Source of the DNA: the human T2T-CHM13v2.0 reference genome, Homo sapiens
Assembly (NCBI RefSeq): GCF_009914755.1
Contig: NC_060928.1
Reading direction: 5' to 3' (one strand)
Length of the DNA: 64,000 nucleotides
A program made the translations under genes and the position numbers. Positions 14,496 through 27,365 of this stretch are shown here, piece after piece. Positions within the stretch are counted from its first letter, which is position 1, and every line of letters begins with the position of its first letter. The notes beneath the pieces are model-generated. The model did not search any database. It was not told where the DNA came from and saw only the letters and a program-made list of their open reading frames with translations.

Positions 14496-15682
14496 AGACA
14501 TTATCTTTTATTAAATATACTTAGTTATGAGATGTGTATTTCCGTATGTACCAGCAAATATATACCAGTGTATGAATGTGACAAAAAGGAAAATTTTAGT
14601 ATTTCAAAGCTATAGGAAAAAGCAATGTAGCTTAATAGGAGAGCCCTGGCCTGGGATTCAGTTGACTAGACTCTTGTTTCAGTTTCTGTCCATCCATTAC
14701 TCAGGTTCTTTATTTATGAAACAGGAAGGATTAATGGAATTGAACAGAATATTTCCCAAAACTCTTTATATTTACAATTCTGAATTTTTATTATTTTAAC
14801 AAGTAGAAACCTAGAATAAATACTCACAAGTTTCCTACTTCCCTTATGCTTGGGAAGTCATCTTTTTCCCCCAAGTAGTCATGATAGTTACAGCTTTCTA
14901 CCCTTGAAGTCATGAGTGCTCTGAAGTGGTAAGGAATAGAATTTAGTACATGGTTATAAAAGTCCTTTCATTACAGAGTTAAGTAATGGTGGGAAATGTG
15001 ACCTCTACTCTTTAGTGAATAGATCTTTTTAATATACAGAGGCATTGTTCTTTTTGGCTTAATAATGAAGGCATTCATTATATCTAGCACTTGGTTCTAA
15101 TCTCATCTTGGTATAGAATCCATTGTTTGATAATGTAATATGACCTTGATTGCAATTCATGGGGAACAGTCATGGTTGTGGTTGCTGTAAGGACCCTAAT
15201 TATAGCATTTCTTTTGCACTTGCAAAATGAACTTCATTTTTATCAATGCTTATGAAGTTTGAGTAATCAAATTCTTTTAGGAATTGCTGTTGGTTAATCA
15301 TTGATGAGATATTTCCTTACATTTTTGTGATTAGCTCTCAATATAATTTGATGCATGTACTTTTTCTTTGTAGTTATCTCATATTATTGTTAGTGAAAAT
15401 TGAAAATGTCCCTGTGCTCTGATAAATTACCCAGTTGTTTGCTTCTTGAGGGCCACCATTACTTAAAATTAGAAAACTTGCTGGATCTTAAGATTTTTAG
15501 TATTTTAAAATGAAAATGTTTACATTGGTGACCATATTTTAATATTTAACTATTCAGGGGAAATATAATAATTCTGCTGTAATTACCTGTTGAAATAGAA
15601 CAATTTCTAAATTACATTTGATGATGATTTTTAGCTCAATTACCAGAAATTTGAGGTTATATTCTTCCTTAGCCCTGTTTAC

Positions 15683-15741
15683 ATACAAATCTTTTCACTG
15701 TAGTACAAGGAGAAATGAGGGTCCCTGAAGAAGCTCTTAAG
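15683..15741 (+). pseudogene. CEP170P1: CEP170-like exon (DTNLFTVVQGEMRVPEEALK)
   Basis: Hand translation; AAG|GTAACA donor. Confidence 0.92.
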
Positions 15742-15837
15742 GTAACAGTTTTTACTTAACTTCTTTTGCAAATCTACTATTCACTATGGTTGATTTTACT
15801 TCTTGATGTTTCACTTCCATTTTTAAATGTTTTATAG

Positions 15838-16000
15838 CATGAGAAGTTTACCATTCAGCTTCAGTTGTCCCAAAAATCTTCAGAATCAGAATTATCCAAA
15901 TCTGCAAGTGCCAAAAGCATAGATTCAAAGGTAGCAGACGCTGCTACTGAAGTGCAGCACAAAACTACTGAAGCACTGAAATCCGAGGAAAAAGCCATGG
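15838..16000 (+). pseudogene. CEP170P1: CEP170-like exon ([18 protein letters not shown]...EEKAM)
   Basis: ttttatag acceptor, G|GTAAGC donor; overlaps ORF 15865..16104. Confidence 0.93.
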
Positions 16001-16235
16001 GTAAGCTGGCCTCTCTCGAAAGACCATCTTTATACTTGATCTTGAAGACACTGCATGCTTTGTTCTCAGAAAGTTGGCCATGTCCATATAAAAATAATTT
16101 ATAATAGTGATAATTTCAGAGTGTGTTTTAATGCTACCAGTGCTTTCATTAGGAAACATTATAAAACACATAATTATATATAGCAGTTGTATATAGGTGT
16201 GCTTAATATGTTTAAATGTTTAAGAGAAGTAAATA

Positions 16236-16563
16236 TGGTCATCCTTCAGTATCCGTGGGGGACTGGTTTCAGGACTCCCATGAGTACCAGAATTCACGAT
16301 GCTCAAGTTCCTTATGTAAAATGGCATAGTATTTGCACATAACTTGAACACATCCTCCTGTATACTTTAAATCATCTCTAGATCACTTATAATACCTAAT
16401 ACAATGCATACACCTCACTTCATTTGTTTAATAGTACTTGGCATAAGGCAAATTTAAGTCTTGCATTTTGGAATGTAGTGGAATTTTTTCCCCCCAAAAC
16501 ATTTTTCATCTGCAGCTAATTGAACCCATGGATGCAGAACCTACAGATTCAGAGGGTTAACTG
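16236..16563. mobile_element. MER2-like TcMar-Tigger element
   Basis: cagtatccgtgggggactggtttcaggac...gatgctcaagttccttat...catggatgcagaacc motifs. Confidence 0.75.
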
Positions 16564-17320
16564 TGTAGTTTACCTTATAATATTTTTATTATTTCATGTT
16601 TGTCTGCATTTTCTTCTGCAGCATAACAACGAAAACGAATTAAAAGAAAAATTTTTTAAATCAAATGTGGCTATATCACCATATAATAATTTACAATTCT
16701 AGGCACGTTATAAAATGCCTTACATAAATAATCCCATTCAAACAGAAACAAGTTTTTAAATGAATAGGCATTACTACATTTGCTCAAACAAAAATATGTT
16801 AGTTCTGTTAAGAACTAGTTTTTGTGTCCTTGGGCTTGAAAAAAATTGGAAAATAGCTACTCATGTGAAAATTTACTTTAGCTTTGTCTTTTACATTTAG
16901 CCTTAATGAGCCATTTCTGATCAGACTGGTTTTGTTCTTCCCTAGTTGATTATTGTCTAGTTTCAACAAACTTGTTCTTCTGAGGTCACTTTCTGTCTAA
17001 GTTCAAGTAAAATGCCATTTGTTACAAGCAGTTCAGTTATATAGCAAACAACTCATAACACCTTAACAAAAAGCTATTGAGATATGTAGCACGTTGTGTT
17101 ACTTAGATACCACCCAGTGGAAATCTTATTTATTTAGTCATGTCCAACATTGTATAAGATCTTTCACAAATACCGAGTTAATTCAGTATAGAGTACATTT
17201 TAGCTATCAAGACTATACTTTGCTTTTTAATTTAATTAATCAGGCAGTTCTAGCATTCTGCAAAAGTGTATTCTTTTCTGTTTCTTCTGCTTTAGACAGA
17301 TTTTTCCCACCTCTTTCCAG

Positions 17321-17455
17321 ATATTTCTGCTATGCCCCGTGGTACTCCATTATATGGGCAGCCGTCATGGTGAGGGGATGATGAGGTGGATGAAAAAAGA
17401 GCTTTCAAGACAAATGGCAAACCTGAAGAAAAAAATCATGAAGCTGGAACATCAG
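17321..17455 (+). pseudogene. CEP170P1: CEP170-like exon with premature stop ([21 protein letters not shown]...)
   Basis: ctctttccag acceptor, G|GTAAAA donor; TGA at 17371-17373 where the parent motif is YGQPSWWG. Confidence 0.93.
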
Positions 17456-17855
17456 GTAAAAAAATCTCAGTCACTGTGACATTAAATGGATATTTTGGGA
17501 AGTATCTGTAATCTAAGCAAACAGCTGTCTACCATGAAAAGAGATGATCTAGTATTCTATACTTTGATTTTTTAAAATTGATGAATGTTTTAATGGCCTT
17601 GTTATTTTAATGTAAAATTTAAAATTATGTGTGATTATAAGTAAAGTATTAATTTTAATATCTTTATAAAGCACTTCTATTTAAAATATTTTTTACAGTT
17701 TAAAGGAGATGTTAAGATTTGGAAAGTAGATTAATGATATAACTAGGCATTTTAAGTATACAAAAATAATTATTAAAATATATCAATTAGACCAAAATAG
17801 TAGGCACTAATTTTGTGTTTTTATTAGATCCCCAGAATATAATCATATTTTTAAA

Positions 17856-17995
17856 ATAAATTAGTTAATTTATTCTTTGAGATGGGATCACACTGTGTTG
17901 CCCAGGCTAGTCTTGAACTCCCGGACTCAAGCCATCTTCCCACTTCAGCCCCCCGAGGAGCTGAGATTATGGCACACACCATCTCATGTCCGGCT
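17856..17995 (-). mobile_element. FLAM (Alu monomer)
   Basis: Monomer flanked by perfect 16-bp TSD taatcatatttttaaa. Confidence 0.88.
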
Positions 17996-18674
17996 TAATC
18001 ATATTTTTAAATGAAGAATTCCCACTTTGTTCAGAAATGTGATATGAAATTACAAATTCTTCAAAACCTCAGTGTGCTCATTGTAATGAGAAATGGCAGC
18101 AACAAGATTAGTTGAGTTTGGCAGCCAGAATGAAAAAATAGTTCTGGGTCAGATTCTCAGATTAATAGTCAAGGAACATATTTTTGATATTTCTGATATT
18201 GTTAATGGAGTGGTTCAGTCCATAAACCAGAAAATCAAGACTTCCAGGAGATGAATGGAGGCGTCAGTTGCCACATAAGGACCTTGCAAAGACATGAGGA
18301 CAGAAAGATGGAGCAGCCAGTTTTTGAGATAACAGCAGACAAGGATCCAGAACTGGAGGAATTAAGTACAGGCACCTGGGCTCAGTATGGAAGACTAAGT
18401 CTGGCTCTGAACCAAGGATAAATTCCATGAGAACTCTTCTCACTTTTCTGCTTTTCACCCTAATTCTACAAGATAAATAGGACATTTTTCTTAGCTGGAG
18501 AATAAGAACATTGGTTCTTTAGGTATGCTCTAATGGATACAAGTCTAGAAAAGCGAGCATTATCAACTTCATCTTACAGTGCCCAAGGCTGAACTTGTCA
18601 ACTTTCAAATAAATTCCCATCCCAGCTTTATTGTTTCTGTCACCAGCAGTTTTCTTCATGCCCATGCACAGAAA

Positions 18675-19250
18675 CAGTATTACTTAGCACGCTTTCAGAT
18701 GTAAATAACAAATGCTGCCTGAGACTAAACAGGGAAGAAATTTACTGGCTCACATAACTGAACCCCATGAGGGTTGTTTACTTCAGCATCTCAACAATGT
18801 CGTCATCAGCTAGCTAGCTTCTCTCCATCTCTCAGTCTTGCTCTTCATAGTGGTTGCAGACTGAGGAGTTTACCCTCACTCTCATAGGCTGCCTGCCAGT
18901 AGCAGGAAGGGGTACATGCTACTTTGATCACATCCAACAGGAAAGCGAAAACGTTACTTCCGGAAGACCTTCCAGAATTTGGAAGAACTTTGCCAAAAGT
19001 TCTTAACATCTCTCATCTCATTGGCCTCTAACAGGTTCAGGAGAGGGTCACCTGCTTATTTCTGAACCAATCCCTGGCAAGGCAAGTTAGATTATCCTTA
19101 AACCAGTCTTGCTCACCTTGAAGCTGTGTGTGGTGTTAGTTTTCCCCTAAGCCACATGATCTATGTCAGGAAAGAGTGGATGCCAGAGATTTTTGGAGTC
19201 CTTTGAGGAGGAAAGAACAGCGAAAGGATATTGAAAGAAAACCAAGGATG
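18675..19250. mobile_element. Old MaLR (MLT1-like) LTR remnant
   Basis: aatttactggctcacataactgaa and ggtcac...ctgaaccaatc motifs; boundaries uncertain. Confidence 0.5.
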
Positions 19251-20034
19251 TCTGCTTTATTTGTAAATTTTGGGTGTTCCCTTCCCTTCATCTTGTTTGT
19301 CTAATCCTTAGGTCGTTGCCTTTCCCCACGCTGCCCCCCGTCCTGAGTCATGACTGGGCTACCAACCTCCTGGTTTCAACCCTCCTGCAGTTTATTTTGT
19401 ATAACACATCTAAATTGATCTTTATTTTCTTTGTTCAAGAAACTACAATGACTGTCTTTTGCCTGCCAAATAGATTTTAAACTAAGTTGTTCATGTCAGA
19501 GTTTTCTAATTTTGTCCCAGTTTCCATGGTCAGCCTTACGTCCCATTACCAGTTGTTTGAGTGGTCTCTCCCAATGCATCCCCCATAAATTACGCTAATT
19601 CCTGCCTGCTCTTTTCCCACAGACATAAATACACACATACATTAAATGATAAAGGATACATTCTAAATGATGTCTGTATATTTATCGTCAGTACGTTACA
19701 GTTTCATTCACTATGTTGTGTGTGTGCCTCCTCCCCACAACTAAACTATACATGTCTTATTCCAGTACCGCATAATATACTATCACTGTGCCCTAGAGCC
19801 ACCTAGTACTGAGAGGGGGAAAGATTTACCAATTAGGTGATTAAGAAAACATAGCTGAATATAATTATCACCAAACTCTGAAAATCAGTATGATAGTAAT
19901 TTTTATCTTGCCATTAAAATTTTAGCCCTCCCCTGTCACACACAAAACAGCTTTTGAAATCTGAAGCGCATAACTTCTAACATACAATGAAGTGTATATG
20001 TAATTTTTGTACAGAAGGCACAACCATGATTTAC

Positions 20035-20270
20035 AGTAATAGCTAACACTTCAGTAGTGTTTACTTTATCCAACATTCTTCTAAGTGCTTTGTATGCATT
20101 TATTTAATCATCACAGCAATACCTAAAGGTGTAGTTACTGTGATTTTGTAGATAAAGAAACTGAGGCATACTGAAATTAATTTACTTGTCAAAGTCACCC
20201 AACTACAAATAATGGAGCTGGGATTTGAACTTAGATTGCCTGACTCCTGAGTCCACGCTCTTAACCATAA
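20035..20270 (-). mobile_element. MIR
   Basis: gaaactgaggca...gtcacccaact...gagctgggatttgaac...ctcttaacca core. Confidence 0.85.
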
Positions 20271-22574
20271 GAAGTTTTAATATTTCAGCCATCATTACTC
20301 TTGTAAACACAATCACTCTAAAAGGATATACTTCATAGGGTACAAAGATTTAAACAAATACTCCAAAATCAAATAGCCATGAAAATTGATCCCTCCTAGC
20401 TCGGCATAATAAAATAAATTTCAAATGTGAAGCATCCAGCAATACTTTCATCTATATGAACGTAACTGATTCTCAGCTTGTGTGCTCTTTCTGCTAGATG
20501 ACCAAAAGCCGTCTCATGATCTTGGGGTTCTTTTTGAGTAATAATTCAGTGATTTATGTCTTGTGTCAAATTCCTTAAAGTGCCCTGTCAGATACAGCTG
20601 ATTAGTAATAGCCTTAAGAGACTCTCACTTGCTTTCTTATGTTAGTATGAGGATATTACTGTTTCAGATTTATCATTTGCAGCTTTTTAAAATATAGGAT
20701 GAGGAAAATAGTTTACTGTCTTGAAATAATTTATGAAGCCAGCAGAAATTGTAGAATCAGATTTGAAATGCATATCAAGTGTTCTTTAATGTGGTCATTT
20801 TGAAATTAAGGTATTTTTAAAAACTTAAACTTTTTTTTAAGTTTCAAATTGTGGAATATACGTGATTAGTTTAATAATTTATCCTGTAGCATACTCTTAG
20901 TGAAAGCAAAAAGTGATTTGCTTCTTCATTATTAATTTTTAGAGTTGCATTCCAGAAAGGATAATAGAGTGTTTGCTACCTAGTAATTTTTAACGTTCCT
21001 CTCTGTGGGTTCATATATATCCAGAAACTCCTGAAGACTTGCCATATAGCTTAAAAAGCCCTGGTTTAAGCAAACACTTACTTTAGAGCAATTTCGTTCT
21101 CCAGAAATTGTGTGACTATTTTTAATCGTATTAAGACAGAAAGTTTGTCCTCAATTTACTTACAGCTATGCTTTTCTACCTCCTAACTTGGTCTCAACAA
21201 TTAATTTAGGTTATAATTAAAGGCCTTTAAATGTCGCACACATTTTGAAATGGCATGTGCAACTGGGAATCGTAGATTTTTGGCTCTCTCATGTTGATTT
21301 TTAATCCAGCGAAACTAAATTTGGAAATTTTCAAGTCGTAGCTCCTTTTAAGCAAAAGGAGCTTCCCAGTCTTCTTAATTTGACATGCTTGAACAGACTA
21401 GGTTAGATGGATGTCTTAAGCAGAATGAGCTGTTATAATTATAGTTCTTGTCATCTCAAATAAGTTTAATATTTCATTGAATTTAGTACAGAAGAATGAA
21501 AAGAACATTTATTCTGGATGAAGTATAAGTATCCCTTATAACATATTGTGTTAAGGTAACACAGTCATAAAATACCTTAAGAACATAAGCAGATTATCAC
21601 CAATTGCTTTTCTGATTTAGATATATGGAATTAATTATGGCATAGTCAATCATTAAATAATTTTTTAAAATCTAGTAATTGAGATTAATAATATAATATT
21701 AGTCTAAACAAGTATTTACTCTATTATTTAGTTTCATTTGGTATAACAAAATGAGTTTTGAAGATAGATGAATGTTAAATTTCTAAATTCCAGAATATGT
21801 TCTGTTAGTGTTCTGAGGGAGGAAAGGTGTTTTATTTTTCTATGTTGATTAGAAGACCCCTTATAGTTTTCTGTTAGGTACTTCTCAAGTGTAGTTGGAC
21901 CACACTTCATCTGTTTTTATCATCTTTAGGGAAATGAATCCTTCCACATAATGAATTTTCCAGATGATTGAACTTTACTTTTACAGTTGATAGTTTTTTT
22001 AAAGTTTAACCATTTCCTAAGTTTCTATTAAATTAATTACCCATATTACCACCTTCTTAAGCAGAGAAGGTTCAGTATAATTTAAAACTTTTTCTTATGA
22101 CTCAGAATCATCAATCATCAATATCAGTATTACTATTATTATATATATCAATAGCAATAGCAATATTGATATAATCAATAATCAAATATATTAGTAATAT
22201 AATAATACTGATACTGCCCTACAATAATGTCCTCGGGAGACTGTAGTATATAAGACTGTTTGCCCTATATACTGAATGGTACTGGACTACCATGTTTTTG
22301 GGGCCATTTGTCTGCTCTTGTTTTTCATCTTATCTCTACCACTTGGTGCAATTTGTCTGTCCTTAATCCTCACTTTTGTACCCTGCCCAAGGTTTGCTAC
22401 ATGTGATCTGAGTAAATAGTAAAAACCTCTCGGTGAAGATCTTAACTGTTAGTAATGTTTATGAATATTCAAGGATAGGCATTGTCATATCTGTCTTGGG
22501 ATTTTTAGAGTTGGGTTTTGGTATTAGCTTTTTGTCTTCCTGATTCTCAGCTGTTTTTGAAGGTTGAGGGAGAA

Positions 22575-22830
22575 GCATTTATTTGTGTACCTGCTTTGTT
22601 CTGGGTAACTTACATGATCTCACTTAATACTCATCTCACTAAATCTTCACAACAATCTTATGGGAAGATACTGTTTTCTCACTTTATGATGAGGAAAATG
22701 AGGACTACAGACTGATTAGGGATAAGATTTATCTGATTTCAGATCTTGTCTGGGCTTTGCATGAAACCAGGCTGCCTGGTTATGATCATCAGATCATAGT
22801 CTGCTGCCTTTCCACTCTATTGTGCTACTT
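22575..22830 (-). mobile_element. MIR (diverged)
   Basis: aatcttcacaacaatcttatg...gatgaggaaaatgagg. Confidence 0.55.
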
Positions 22831-23143
22831 GACATGGTTAGGTACTTGATTTCTAGATGAATTAGTTATTAACTTGTATAAGTCTCAAGTTTCTAGCTTT
22901 GAGTGAATGCGAGTTTGAAGTAGTACTAACGTGGGAATGGTGACCTTCAAAACAGTGCAGTGCAGTTGTTGATCTCAGCTGTTTTAATGCATGAAACATG
23001 TTAAAACATGTCAGTATTAACTGTGAACTTTTTTTGCAAGGGAGGAAAACTGAGATAATATTCCTTTGAATCATGAACAACAAGTGGTTGATAAGTGCTA
23101 TATCCCTGGCCAGCTTTTTTGTGTTGCTTCATAGCTGAGCCAC

Positions 23144-23203
23144 ATCAGTTTTATTTAGCTCTCTGTATAGTGGATCAGTTTTATTTGGCTCTCTGTGTAG
23201 TGG
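23144..23203. repeat. 2x30-bp tandem duplication (2 mismatches)
   Basis: atcagttttattt(a/g)gctctctgt(a/g)tagtgg twice. Confidence 0.93.
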
Positions 23204-25143
23204 TATTAGAAACTACCATCTTGACGTTGTTCTGTCACCTGAAGGATGAGCAAAGCAAAAACAAACTATATGTATATATCTATATGGGGGGAGGGAGAGA
23301 GGACAGGTTTATGAACCAGTTGTATGGACTTGATCAAGTACAGTACATTGTACATAGTAAAAAAATCGATGTCTGAAAAAATAGAAAAATAACATTAATG
23401 AACTATTAATATATGAGAAGCAGTTAATACATTTTATTCTAATGGAAATTTTAACTAACATGACTTCAGAGTAAACACTCAGAAGTCCAGCTGAACATTT
23501 TATTTTTAAGAAAAAGACAAATTAACTCTTTAATCAAACATTCTTTTAAACTTAGGTCATGTCATATAAATGTATGATTATTTCTCTGATAATGTAGAGT
23601 TTTTCCAATACTTTTCTTTCATGTTCAGTGATAGGAAAGCTGAGTAGATTTTAAAAGGGATAATTTTTCACAGTGAAAATTACAATATATTCTTTCATAT
23701 TATATGTTCTCTTTGCCTTGTGTTTAGATTTTTTTGACAATTTATTATTATTATATTTATTGTGGAAATGGAGCTTGTTGTCTTCCGTGCCCTATCCCAC
23801 ACATTTGATTATGAAAGAGAGATGTTACTATATCATTCTTCTGTAACCTAACAGCAGTCAGGTTTTATATTATTTCATATTCAGACTGCTGTCAAGAAAC
23901 CAATTATAGTACCTGACAGATCCCACTAAAATTTAATTTTTGAAAAGATGTTTCAAAAGACCAAATGCTTCACTTAATTAGAAAATGTTTGGAAACAACC
24001 TAGTCTCCCTGTATTGCCTTGTTTTCCTAATAAATTGTCTGTAAGTGATTTTTCTATTAATCTGTTTAAAAGCAGAATTTATTTTTGAGCTTTAGGGAAA
24101 TATGTCTCATTTCAACTTGCTCTTCATTTTGATAACGGACATGCTTTGCTTCTTCAACAACAGGACAATAGCATCTTTAATTTTTTTATTTTGCATTTGC
24201 ATACCGAAAACATTTTAGTTGTCATTTTCATTTATGTATTTTATTCATAAATGCATCTGTTTTTATACTTTTGTATTAGATTCTGAGGCAACAGAAGAAT
24301 AGTGATAGTGTTCCAGAGTTGCTTGCTCCTTCTGCCAACTCATGTTAATCTGAGGTTTACAATTCAGCTTTCCTCCAAGGAATTTTGACACTTTTGCATA
24401 TTCTGCTGTATGGAAATGTAAACTTCCAGAGTTATTGTCTGGAAACTGAATTTCCTATTTTAACCTTATTTCTTTCACACTGCTGCTTGGATTGCAAACC
24501 ACATGTTTTAGTCTTTATAAAATGTTTGTATCTTCTTGCAAGGATCACACTTCAGCAATATCTTTGTCATTCTGAAAGTAATGTTTCTGAATGTAATGGT
24601 GAAGAATGGTACGTGGAATCATTACTTCCAGAAGATCACTTACATATTTACTTCATGTTTGTATTCTCATTTGAGCACCTATTCTCCTTTGGAGCACTAC
24701 ATGTGTTCATATATATTTCAGATATCTCATCTTCGTGACTTGAGAAGGGAATTCATGGTTTTTCTGTCACTTTTTATATATACATTGAACATGCATCTCC
24801 ATCTACATTTTATTTTAATTCTTTTGGACCTTGATGAATTCTAGATCCAAGTTGGAAAAAATATGGACCTAGCCATGCAAGATCCATTTCTTAACTGCTT
24901 TGCTCTCATTTGCCATTGCTGCTGCTTATCTTCCATCCCCTATTGGTAATCAAATAGCATGTTTATAATCAAGATTCTTTCTTCTCTGTGACATTTGTTC
25001 TGTGATATAAATGCCATTGGTTTTCATCCAGACTGTGATCTGCCTTCTGGTTCTCACGGAGTAGTACACATGGCCATTACCAGACCCCCTCAAGTGCCAG
25101 AAGCAATCAAATATTTTGAATTTTCTCTTATTTTTCTCATTAG

Positions 25144-25620
25144 GGTGCAGCATAGATGCCAAGCAAGTTGAGGAACAATCTGCAGCTGCAAATGAAGAAG
25201 TACTTTTTCCTTTCTGTAGGGAACCAAGTTATTTTGAAATCCCTACAAAAGAATTCCAGCAACCATCACAAATAACAGAAAGCACTATTCATGAAATCCC
25301 AACAAAAGACACACCAAGTTCCCATATAACAGGTGCAGGGCATGCTTCATTTACCATTGAATTTGATGACAGTACCCCAGGGAAGGTAACTATTAGAGAC
25401 CATGTGACAAAGTTTACTTCTGATCAGCGCCACAAGTCCAAGAAGTCTTCTCCTGGAACTCAAGACTTGCTGGGGATTCAAACAGGAATGATGGCACCCG
25501 AAAACAAAGCTGCTGACTGGCTAGCACAAAACAACCCTCCTCAAATGCTATGGAAAAGAACAGAAGAGGATTCTAAAAGCATTAAAAGTGATGTTCCAGT
25601 GTACTTGAAAAGGTTGAAAG
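25144..25620 (+). pseudogene. CEP170P1: CEP170-like exon (GCSIDAKQ...VYLKRLK)
   Basis: ORF 25116..25634; tcattag acceptor, G|GTAAAG donor. Confidence 0.94.
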
Positions 25621-27030
25621 GTAAAGTGATTTGATCATTCAGAACTTCCTACTTTACGATAAAGAAAATCTGGTCTTCATTTACTAGACTACTAGTAGAT
25701 ACTTACATGGTAGAAAACATTCTGCTTTTTTCAAAGGTTACATTTAGTCTTAAAACTAAACAGGAAGCCACACTGCCCATGTCCAATTTCCTCATTCAAA
25801 ATAGTCTTCCTTCATTTTCTTGACAAAACCAGATTGGTTTTATGAGCTTATATTTATGCTATAAAACATGTTTCTTTTTCTTCTAGAAATACAAGATTTA
25901 TTAAGTTCACCAGTAGAGTTCCCTAGAAGATGAGTTCCATCATTTTCTTGATTTAAGGCAAAGATATATTCAATTCTGTTCTCTATTGAGATCAATATCT
26001 AGATTCTGAAAGAAATTTTAAGCCATTTGGTCTGAGCCAAAAGTTCTACTTTGGTAATGCAGTCACATCATTGATGGAGCACTTCAAAGTATTCTCAGTG
26101 GTTACTCATAAAACAAAGATTTTTGGTTTGGAAATATTTGGTAGGATCTATTAATCCAGTTTAAAATTTTTTTTAATATTAGGACTTTATGAAAATTAGA
26201 GTTGAATGTTCATTTTTGAAATAGTTATATATACTTTATTTGTGTACAACTTAGCCAAAATTAGTAACATTTGTATGTCTGTACACTGACGTATCAGCTG
26301 ATCAGGTTTTTCTCATTGGTTTTGCCAATTAAATTTATTTTAGAATTGAGTATAGATTTATGTTACCCTATCTTTTATTTAATAAGCTATCTATAAGGAA
26401 AACGATTTTGAACAAATTGTGATTACATGTTTATCTGACCATTCTGTTACTATATTAGGAGTTTTTGTACTCCTAACACTTCATCTAGTACTTGAGCATG
26501 TGATAGGTACTAATTTGAATAAACAATGGGCGACTTCTCTGTCAATGACAAGACTGTCCCTGATTTAATCTGTACCTTATGTCCTGGCATTCTGATCAAG
26601 TAATGAAGAAATAGTATTTGTATACTTATTTCTGATTTGCTTCTAAGACATTTCCGGACAGTGAGATGATGTGATTACCTAATTATTTGTTGGAGCCTAT
26701 CACAATATTTAATTATAGTTATCAGCAGTTACCTGGCATATGTATTTTTGAGACATGATTGTGACCTTTTACTTCTAGACAATACGTAATTGAGACGTTT
26801 TGTTTCTATAGGTTAACACTCACAAACACATAGGCTGTTTATATGAATTGGATAAATAATATTGATCTCCTAGTACAGTATAAGAGGTAGCTGAACCTTG
26901 AGAATTTAGAAATAACTTAGACTTTTTAAAACCACTCTTAATAAACAAAAACTGAGGTAAAATATCCTTTTAAAAGGTAATCATTTTAAAAATACCTGTA
27001 TTAAACCCATTTATAACTTAGTCATTATAA

Positions 27031-27365
<335 letters not shown>

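Noticed and set aside
22100-22215. Quasi-periodic AAT/ATC tract (also A-rich 45140-45240 and CT-rich 47040-47125)
   Set aside because: Ordinary low-complexity sequence with no repeat-spacer structure
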